Part shown: one piece after another, positions 45,733 through 52,725 of the stretch
Position numbering within the stretch: position 1 is the first letter of the stretch
Layout of the letters: each line of letters starts with the position of its first letter
IMG/VR virus record: IMGVR_UViG_3300009082_000016
Span: 1-64,000 of that record
Origin: a virus
Strand: one strand, 5' to 3'
Length of the DNA stretch: 64,000 nucleotides
The notes under the pieces: generated by a model
Told to the model about the DNA's origin: nothing
What the model saw: only the letters and a program-made list of their open reading frames with translations
The model's database searches: none
Translations under genes and position numbers: made by a program

Positions 45733-46187
45733 AGGTGACGACCCAGGAATGTGCCGGCTGCTCGGAGCAGGTCATCGCGACCCGTAGGCTCTGCTTCAAC
45801 CCCTCGGGCAAAGCCTACGTCTGCCGCAGCTGCCGGCACTGGCATCTCGGGTTCGCCTCCAAGCCCGACCTCTGCCACGCGTGCGGAGAGAAGGAGCTGT
45901 ACGAGAAGGACATGGACCGGGCGCTCTGCCCGGAATGCACGAGGAAGCTCGAGGAGGCCGACAAGATCGTGAAGGCAGGCGGGGTCTACTGGTCCTGCTC
46001 CGGCTGTCACTCGGAAGGCGTCCTCAAGCCGGACCACCCGCTGGCGAAGAAGATGCGGGCCACGTACCGCGTCCAGCCGCCCGATCCGATCGTGCTCAAC
46101 CTCGAGCACTGCCCGTTCTGCAAGGAGAAGGAGACGGAGAAGGAGAAGAAGGCGCCGGCCCACCGCGTTGACACCGCGGCGAACTGA
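45729..46187 (+). CDS. Multi-Zn-finger protein
   Basis: Six CxxC pairs; GTGA overlap. Confidence 0.7.
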   Translation: MKVTTQECAGCSEQVIATRRLCFNPSGKAYVCRSCRHWHLGFASKPDLCHACGEKELYEKDMDRALCPECTRKLEEADKIVKAGGVYWSCSGCHSEGVLKPDHPLAKKMRATYRVQPPDPIVLNLEHCPFCKEKETEKEKKAPAHRVDTAAN

Positions 46188-46197
46188 CTGCTACCAT
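46168..46197 (+). promoter_or_regulatory. Promoter TTGACA-N18-TACCAT with TGn extension (leaderless)
   Basis: -10 ends 7 nt before ATG 46205. Confidence 0.8.
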
Positions 46198-46204
46198 CCG
46201 GCTC

Positions 46205-48055
46205 ATGGATCCCCTGTTCGCTAAGTTGGCGATCTCCTCCCACATGCTGCGAGGAGGGAAACTGCTGAAGTCCAGGGGCAAGTCCACCCCGATGCGTCTG
46301 GCGACGCTCCTGAAGAAGATGGGTGCCACTGGGCCTGCGGCACCGTCGCCGATCACGAACACGCCGGGAGCCGGGAAAGTCACCGCACCTTCCAGCAAGG
46401 GGCTCGGCGGGGCCAGCTACAAACTGACCCCGCCGCCCCCTGTTGGAGGGATGCAGCTGCAACGCAATCTTTTTGCCAAGTCGCAGAAGCCGGGCGAGTT
46501 CCACGGCAATACGACCGTCGGGACCATGAATCCGGCGGGAACGTCGGCGCAGGACCTCGGTTTGCCACCCGTGGTCGCGAGCCTGCGAATCGGGCGCATC
46601 GACAAGTTGGGCGCGGACCCGGCGCCCCTTCCGCCTCCCCCGGTTCCGCCGGTCAGCGGCAACCTTCCGCCACCGCCTGCGCCGGCGGTGCCGAACTACA
46701 TCCCGCCCGCCCCGGACGTACCGACCGCCCCTCCGCCGTCGACGAGCACCCCCTCCGGGTTCTCCGACATCCCTGGCGGGGGTGGTGGCCAGGTCTGGAC
46801 TCCGCCGACCGATTGGACGACCCCCCGTCCGTGGGGCGACCAGAGCGGATGGCAGAAGACGAAGGACATCGGCCTTCAGGCTCTCGGTGGTGCCCTCAAC
46901 CCGTTCGGCATGGGCACGACCGGCATGCTGGCAACGGCCCCCCTGATGATGATCCCCGGTGTCGGCGCACCCCTCGCGGTCGGGATGGCTTTGGGCGGCG
47001 CCGTCTGGAACCCGATCAAGAACTACATCGACCGTACGCAAGGCGGAACGGCCATCGGTCAGATCCGCAAGGATATGCCCACGACCACAGGCGAAGCGCA
47101 GAACGCCACGGGCATCGAGTCGAAAGAGCAGTTCCTCGAGCGGTACGGCAACGACCTCCCGACTGCCATGGCGGACCCCGTGCTTCGGAGCCTCGCTGTC
47201 AACTTCGGCATCGCCCCCGGGGGCTTCTCCATCTCGAACGACATCAACAAGGGCGAATGGATGGAACGCGAGGGCGGCGGCGGGGAGTGGTCCGGTGAAG
47301 CGGCCGCCTGGCAACAGGCGATGGCGGAGAAGGCGATGCAGAATCCCGAGCAGTACCCGGAACTGGCAGCCGCACTGGCGCAGAGCCAGGAGGGGAAGAC
47401 CGCGGCGCTCGTCGTCCGCAACCGCATCGCGTTCCAGCGGGCGATGCCCAAGACGGCCAGCCCGATCGCTGCGGCCCTGCGTGCGGCCCAGCGGATGCAG
47501 GAGAAGAGGGCCGACATCGCGTGCCGTCTCGATCGCGACGCGGTGCAGGAGATCCTGAAGAAGGCGGGCTTGGAGAAGCAGTCTTTCGGTCTGGTCGGCA
47601 AGGGCCTTCTCGGCCTCGGCCTCGGTGCCTACGGCCTCGGATCGGCCATCACCCCCAGCGCCCAGGAAGCACCGGGAGTCGGCGGCCTCGGTCGATTCGG
47701 ACTCGGCCTGGCCGGCCTGTACGGCGGCTACAAGATGGCCGACAAGGTCGGACTCCCCGGCTGGCTCGGCGCCATGGTCGGCGCCGGCGTCCTGCCCGGC
47801 CTCGTCGGCAGCGTGACCAGCGGCGGCCAGGGGGGCTTGATGGGTCCTGGTGGCCTCACGGGTCTCACGCAGAACCCGCTGCTCACCGGCGCCCTGGGCT
47901 ACTGGCTTGCCAACAAGTACCCGTCGATTGGCAACGCCCTGCCCGGCGGCAAGTGGGGCGGCGCGGCTCTCGGCGCTCTCCTCGGTCCCAGCCTCATGGG
48001 CGGGATGGGCAACATGATGGGCATGGGCGGCGGGATGCGCGGCCCGTACGGCTGA
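46205..48055 (+). CDS. Pro/Gly-rich putative ejection protein with glycine-zipper helices
   Basis: AKLAI, PKTAS, EKRAD, EKQSF; long GxxxG-rich C-terminus. Confidence 0.75.
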   Translation: MDPLFAKLAISSHMLRGGKLLKSRGKSTPMRLATLLKKMGATGPAAPSPITNTPGAGKVTAPSSKGLGGASYKLTPPPPVGGMQLQRNLFAKSQKPGEFHGNTTVGTMNPAGTSAQDLGLPPVVASLRIGRIDKLGADPAPLPPPPVPPVSGNLPPPPAPAVPNYIPPAPDVPTAPPPSTSTPSGFSDIPGGGGGQVWTPPTDWTTPRPWGDQSGWQKTKDIGLQALGGALNPFGMGTTGMLATAPLMMIPGVGAPLAVGMALGGAVWNPIKNYIDRTQGGTAIGQIRKDMPTTTGEAQNATGIESKEQFLERYGNDLPTAMADPVLRSLAVNFGIAPGGFSISNDINKGEWMEREGGGGEWSGEAAAWQQAMAEKAMQNPEQYPELAAALAQSQEGKTAALVVRNRIAFQRAMPKTASPIAAALRAAQRMQEKRADIACRLDRDAVQEILKKAGLEKQSFGLVGKGLLGLGLGAYGLGSAITPSAQEAPGVGGLGRFGLGLAGLYGGYKMADKVGLPGWLGAMVGAGVLPGLVGSVTSGGQGGLMGPGGLTGLTQNPLLTGALGYWLANKYPSIGNALPGGKWGGAALGALLGPSLMGGMGNMMGMGGGMRGPYG

Positions 48056-48089
48056 TTCCCTCTTCTTTTTTCACCCGCCAACCCTCCAG

Positions 48090-48119
48090 TTGTCCTCGGG
48101 CCTGACCCTGATGTATCCT
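48090..48119 (+). promoter_or_regulatory. Promoter TTGTCC-N18-TATCCT (leaderless sigma gene)
   Basis: -10 ends 7 nt before ATG 48127. Confidence 0.7.
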
Positions 48120-48126
48120 GAGGGCC

Positions 48127-48849
48127 ATGAGCGGCACTTCGACCCAGGATCTCCAGCTCTGGAACCAGTGGAACCAGGGCGGCCGCAAGCGCGGAGACCT
48201 CGAACCGCTGCTCGACAACCTCGATCCGCTCGTTCACAACGCCGTCAACCAGTACGCCGGGAAGGTGAACATCCCGTCGGAGGCCATCCAGTCGAAGGCG
48301 GAAGACCTCGCGATCAAGGGGATCAAGTCCTTCAACCCCGGGAAGGCCCAGCTGTCCACGCACGTCGCCTGGCAGCTGCGCGGCCTCAACCGCTTCGTGA
48401 CGACCTACCAGAACCCGGCCCGCATCCCGCAGCACCAGACCCACAAGATCCAGGCGCTGATCACGACGCGGGACCGGATGACCTCCGCGATGGGGCGGCC
48501 GCCGACCGACTACGCGCTGGCGAGAAAGCTGCACTGGACGCCGCGGCAGGTGGGCTCGCTCCAGAAGGGGCTCTCCCGCCGAGTGCTCGACCCGGAGATG
48601 TTCAAGCTGCGCGACCCGCGCTCGTTCTCGCCGTCCCGCTTCAAGGAGGTCATGCAGCTGTTGCCCTCCGAGCTCGGGCCGCGGGAGAAGTTCGTGTTCA
48701 AAGCTACGTACGGGATCGGCCGCCAGAAACCGCTGTCGGCGTCCCAGATGGCAAAAAAGTTGCGGACGTCGCAGGCGACGATCTCCCGCACGCGAAAGCG
48801 GGTCGCCGGCATCATCGCCCGCTACATGAACGTCGGAGGTGAACGATGA
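48127..48849 (+). CDS. Sigma70-family (group 3, SigB/F/FliA-like) sigma factor
   Basis: Region 2 (PLVHNAVNQY..IKGIKSFNPGKAQLSTHVAWQLR..ARIP), region 3 (MGRPPTDYALARKL), region 4 HTH (LGPREKFVF..YG..SQMAKKL..SQATISR). Confidence 0.85.
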   Translation: MSGTSTQDLQLWNQWNQGGRKRGDLEPLLDNLDPLVHNAVNQYAGKVNIPSEAIQSKAEDLAIKGIKSFNPGKAQLSTHVAWQLRGLNRFVTTYQNPARIPQHQTHKIQALITTRDRMTSAMGRPPTDYALARKLHWTPRQVGSLQKGLSRRVLDPEMFKLRDPRSFSPSRFKEVMQLLPSELGPREKFVFKATYGIGRQKPLSASQMAKKLRTSQATISRTRKRVAGIIARYMNVGGER

Positions 48850-49481
48850 ACCTGGTGCGCCAAGTGGAGATCGCGTCCTTCTGTGGAGCGATGGAGAAGT
48901 GGGCGCAGGACCAGGGGTTCAGCGGCACGCTCGCGGACCTCATGAAGCCGGTCGTGTACGGGATCGGTGGCTACGCCGCGTCCCGCGCCCTCGGCGGCGA
49001 GCGTGCGACGGGCATCCCGGACTATCTGCTCGGCCCCGCGCTCGGTGTCGGCGCCGCCATGCCAGCTATGGGCGCCATCGGCCGCAGCATCAGCAACTAC
49101 CGGGCCCGCAAGCAGATGGCCCATCTCGATGCCCAGCAGCAAGCCCAGCTCGAACAGGCACTCGCCCGGGAGCAGGAACTCCAGGCCCAGATGCAGGCCC
49201 CGTCCCAGGACATGCTGAACCAGCTGGCCGCCTACCAGATGGGCGTGCCGCCGGACGCGATGATGGGCCAGAAGATGGGCCAGCTGCGCGTCCCGGCCCA
49301 GCAAGCTGACCAGATCGCGACCAACGCGCAGCAGCAGTACATGCAGGGCCAGCAGCAGCAGATGCAACAGCAGATGCAGCAGGCCGCGATCGCCCAGCAG
49401 ATCAAGGGCCAGTTCCGCGGCCTCCAGCAGAACCAGGCGCGTCAGGCGCGTCAGCAGCCGCAGCAGGGAGCCGGCCGGTGA
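48846..49481 (+). CDS. Putative ejection protein: K-x-A leader, Gly-rich helices, Gln-rich tail
   Basis: ASFCGAMEKWAQ; GGAGGTG SD. Confidence 0.7.
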   Translation: MNLVRQVEIASFCGAMEKWAQDQGFSGTLADLMKPVVYGIGGYAASRALGGERATGIPDYLLGPALGVGAAMPAMGAIGRSISNYRARKQMAHLDAQQQAQLEQALAREQELQAQMQAPSQDMLNQLAAYQMGVPPDAMMGQKMGQLRVPAQQADQIATNAQQQYMQGQQQQMQQQMQQAAIAQQIKGQFRGLQQNQARQARQQPQQGAGR

Positions 49482-49672
49482 ACGAGAAGCTCACCAAGCT
49501 CAAGGAAGCCGTCACCGCCTGGCACAGCACGGCGAAGAAGGAGCTGGAGTCGGAAGCGGCATTCCTCGAGAAGGTGCAGGCCAGCGGGGATGACGTCCAC
49601 ATCTCCCGGTACACGACCGGGGCGTCGTACTCCGACCTCATCGCCGACACGATCGCGGAGCTGACGGCATGA
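49478..49672 (+). CDS. Small hypothetical protein
   Basis: Overlaps both neighbours. Confidence 0.65.
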   Translation: MNEKLTKLKEAVTAWHSTAKKELESEAAFLEKVQASGDDVHISRYTTGASYSDLIADTIAELTA

Positions 49673-50616
49673 ACTTCGAGATCACCAGGGTTCGAACCGA
49701 TCTCCTGTTGTACGCCCAGGACGTTGCCACCCTGCTGACGCTCTACACGCACATCCGGATCGACCGCGCGATGTCCGGCGGCGGCCCGTGGTCACCGCTC
49801 ACGGACACGACCGCAAAGCCGGCGTCCACCCGCTGCCGGAAGGACGGGCCGTACGCCATCAGCGGGAAGTACCTGAACCTCACGCTGCCGGACGGGACGC
49901 TGTTCAGCCACATCTTCACGACGCCGGACCCGGTGTCGGCGACGGACGCGATGACGGAGCTCAACGGGGCGTCCGCCCAGCTCGACTGCGTGGTCGACGG
50001 GGACACGCTCGTGCTCCGCACGCTCGACACGGGCACCGACGCCTGCCTGAAGGTGGATGGCGGGGACGCCTGCGTGAACCTGGGTGTCGCGCTCAACGAC
50101 ACCGCGTTCGGCCTCGCCGGCGACGTCCTGCTGGTCGCGGGCCAGGTGATCTACCCGTTCACCGACGAGAACGGCGATTCGGACTGGTCGTACCGCTACC
50201 GCTTCATCAACGCTGCGCCGCCGCGGGAGTCGGAGCCGCTGTTCTCGTACCCAGGTACGGAACTCAGCCTGGACCTCGACCTGCTCGCCGTCGGTCACGC
50301 CCACGCGGTCGACACCGACGGCCGGGCTGCAGCGGGCGCCATCGCTCATGTCGGCAACCGCTACGTCCCGCCCTCCGTCTCCGGAAGGCTGGTGATCGGC
50401 GGCCAGTCGAAGGTGATCGACCGACACGGCGACGTCTGGTTCCCGCTGGTGCGGGGGGCGCAGATCGAGTTCTGGATCGCCGGGACCCCGCTCCACCGCA
50501 TCATCGAGGTGCCCGACGCGGCCGAGTTCGACATGCTCGACCCCAGCCTGGTACGCGACGATCCGTGGGGCATCGTCGTGCCCCCCTACACCGGACTCCC
50601 GAGGACGACGCCATGA
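49669..50616 (+). CDS. Putative virion structural protein
   Basis: Acidic, beta-rich; FTDENGDSDWSYRYRF. Confidence 0.65.
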   Translation: MNFEITRVRTDLLLYAQDVATLLTLYTHIRIDRAMSGGGPWSPLTDTTAKPASTRCRKDGPYAISGKYLNLTLPDGTLFSHIFTTPDPVSATDAMTELNGASAQLDCVVDGDTLVLRTLDTGTDACLKVDGGDACVNLGVALNDTAFGLAGDVLLVAGQVIYPFTDENGDSDWSYRYRFINAAPPRESEPLFSYPGTELSLDLDLLAVGHAHAVDTDGRAAAGAIAHVGNRYVPPSVSGRLVIGGQSKVIDRHGDVWFPLVRGAQIEFWIAGTPLHRIIEVPDAAEFDMLDPSLVRDDPWGIVVPPYTGLPRTTP

Positions 50617-51470
50617 CACTCGAACAGGTGAGGTGGGAGGCCTTCCAGAAGGAGGCCCAGTGGGCCTTGTTGGGAAGGCTCCTGGGAGGGGCGGGGAAAC
50701 TGATGGCCCGGGCAGGAAGCCAAGGGGGGCTGCTGGCCCGGATGGGCGGCACCGCGGCCAAAGCCGGCACCCGAATGGTGGAGTCCTCTCCGCTGCGGAA
50801 TCTCCTTCAGAACGCCCCACGAGTCCTGCAAGGGAAACCCTTCCTCTCCCCGCGAAACATGGCGGCCGGCGAAACCATGATCGACCCCCTTGGGCGCATG
50901 AGAACAGGCCAGGCTCTCCCGCTCTGGTTCAAACGCCGCCCCCTTCCGCAGATCGCCCCCCTTCGGCCCAGCTATGAAGGCGTGACAAGGGCGACGATCA
51001 TCAAGCCCCAGACGCCCGTGAACCCGATCGGGCCGACGGCCTACCAACCTCCCACACCGGCCCAGGTCAACCCGCTAGGCAGGACAGTCGGCAGGACGGC
51101 AGTGGGTCCCATGCCTAGCGCCCCCGGGGTAACTCAGTCCAGCATCCCCCAGGTGACGCAAGCCGGGATCCTTCCGCCCGCTCCCACGGTGAGCACGATT
51201 CCTGTGACCCCGCCGATTCCCGGGACGGCCGCGTACAGTCGGAACATGTTCAGCTCGGGCGGCGCCGCCATTCGGGCAGGAACCCTTCAACGATCGATGA
51301 ACAACGTCCTGGGCCCGACCGGAACGGCTTTTGCTCGGGCACCCAACCCCATCGATCAGACCTTCCGCAGCCTTTCCAGTTCGCCCTTGCTCTCCAAGTT
51401 CAACTCGCTCATCGAGCAGGTGGAACAGGCCACCTTCCTCGAGGCGATCATGCGTCAGAACTCCAGATAG
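50613..51470 (+). CDS. Basic Pro/Gly-rich Cys-free protein with K-x-A leader
   Basis: MTLEQVRWEAFQKEAQWALLGRLLGG; real start is inside ORF-track entry 49788..51470. Confidence 0.65.
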   Translation: MTLEQVRWEAFQKEAQWALLGRLLGGAGKLMARAGSQGGLLARMGGTAAKAGTRMVESSPLRNLLQNAPRVLQGKPFLSPRNMAAGETMIDPLGRMRTGQALPLWFKRRPLPQIAPLRPSYEGVTRATIIKPQTPVNPIGPTAYQPPTPAQVNPLGRTVGRTAVGPMPSAPGVTQSSIPQVTQAGILPPAPTVSTIPVTPPIPGTAAYSRNMFSSGGAAIRAGTLQRSMNNVLGPTGTAFARAPNPIDQTFRSLSSSPLLSKFNSLIEQVEQATFLEAIMRQNSR

Positions 51471-51474
51471 AGCA

Positions 51475-51528
51475 GCGGCGGGAGGCGCCGTGATCCGGGG
51501 GGAGCAGAAGACGGCACCTCTCCGCCGC
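51475..51528. terminator. Long inverted repeat between convergent genes
   Basis: GCGGCGGGAGGCGCCGT ... ACGGCACCTCTCCGCCGC. Confidence 0.5.
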
Positions 51529-51550
51529 CGGGGTCAGAATACCACGAAAT

Positions 51551-52018
51551 CTAGCGGAGCCAAACCGGGGGCTTGACCGTCTCGCCGACGGTGGTGATGC
51601 TCCGAAGGGCCTGCGCCTGTTCGGGCGGCAGCACCTTCAGACGGGCAGCAAGTCGCTTCGCCGCAGTAGGCAGCGCCGGCGGAAGAACACCCGCGGCCCG
51701 AGAGAAGAAGCTGCCCATCGGCAGCGGGCCCGCGTACTTCAGGAACTCCTCGACGAAGGTGTTGAACTCGACGGCGGCTTCCTTGTGCGTGTGCTGCCCC
51801 TTCTTCCGACGTTCCGAAGCAGTGCGGGCCAAGGCCTTGGCCAACCGAGCCGCCCCTCGCCCCCGCCCGACGGACTTGAAGGCCTTCGGTGTAACATCCG
51901 TGGCAACGACATCCCAGGGGATATCGTCAAAGAGTCCAGTCAGCGGGCTGCCCCGCCGGAGACGCCCCACGCCGTGCAGGCGGCCGATTCCCTTTCCAAC
52001 GGCTCGAAGTTCACCCAT
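51551..52018 (-). CDS. Basic Cys-free protein with K-x-A motifs
   Basis: HKEAAVEFNTFVEEFLKYAG. Confidence 0.6.
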   Translation of the reverse strand: MGELRAVGKGIGRLHGVGRLRRGSPLTGLFDDIPWDVVATDVTPKAFKSVGRGRGAARLAKALARTASERRKKGQHTHKEAAVEFNTFVEEFLKYAGPLPMGSFFSRAAGVLPPALPTAAKRLAARLKVLPPEQAQALRSITTVGETVKPPVWLR

Positions 52019-52020
52019 CG

Positions 52021-52725
52021 CTATTGTTCTACCTCAGGTTGGCTAGCCGCCTGCTTCACCCCACTCGCCAAATCCCACTTGTCTCCCACCCGCTTGGTGA
52101 ACTTGAACAGCGTCGGCTTTCGCTTGATCCCGTGACCGACAGCCTTCTCCTTGTTGATGAGGAGCTTGCCGTCCTGCTTGGTGACCTCGTACGGTTCCTG
52201 CTTCTCTCCCCTGAAGGTGCGCGGACCCGTACACGACTTCAGCTCACCGTGCTGCCTGCTGTGGAAATGCCACGGAACGGACCCGACGGGGAACCCCCTA
52301 GCAGCTAGCTTCAGACTGCCGCTGCGTACCTGCTGCTTGAGGTCGCCAAGGCTGATCTGGCGGATCTTACCGATCGTGATGTGGTGGTGCTTGGCACTGC
52401 GTAGGACGTCCCGCTTCGTACCGAAGTTGAGGTAGACCTTGTGCTCGTCGAACTTGGACGGGTCGTGCCAGTCCATCTTGTCGACCACGTAGGCCCGGCG
52501 CGAGTTCTTGTTGGGGCCGACGAACACGTCGAGTGGATCCTTGTCCGCTCCCATCGTTCCCGGGAACGAGCCGTAGTTGTGCGTGTATCGTTCCCGCTTG
52601 TTGATGAACAACGTCCCGATGGGCCGCTCGATGTTGATATTCAGCCCGTGAATACGGGTCTTCCACCGGGTGACGTCACCTTCCCAGGCTGTCTTGAGGA
52701 ATGCCGACTTCTCGGCTAGCCCCCG
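52021..52725 (-). CDS. Inorganic pyrophosphatase-like (inPase) domain, probably reached by -1 frameshift from the upstream gene
   Basis: HGLNINIERPIG...YGSFPGTMGADKDPLDVFVGP...FDEHKVYL; the domain N-terminus lies upstream of the first in-frame start codon (TTG 52611). Confidence 0.75.
   Translation of the reverse strand, partial: RGLAEKSAFLKTAWEGDVTRWKTRIHGLNINIERPIGTLFINKRERYTHNYGSFPGTMGADKDPLDVFVGPNKNSRRAYVVDKMDWHDPSKFDEHKVYLNFGTKRDVLRSAKHHHITIGKIRQISLGDLKQQVRSGSLKLAARGFPVGSVPWHFHSRQHGELKSCTGPRTFRGEKQEPYEVTKQDGKLLINKEKAVGHGIKRKPTLFKFTKRVGDKWDLASGVKQAASQPEVEQ

Noticed and set aside
52716-52718. TAG read-through or stop-codon reassignment
   Set aside because: In-frame read-through gives about 24 unrecognisable residues then TGA; the domain is in the -1 frame, and other genes end normally at TAG
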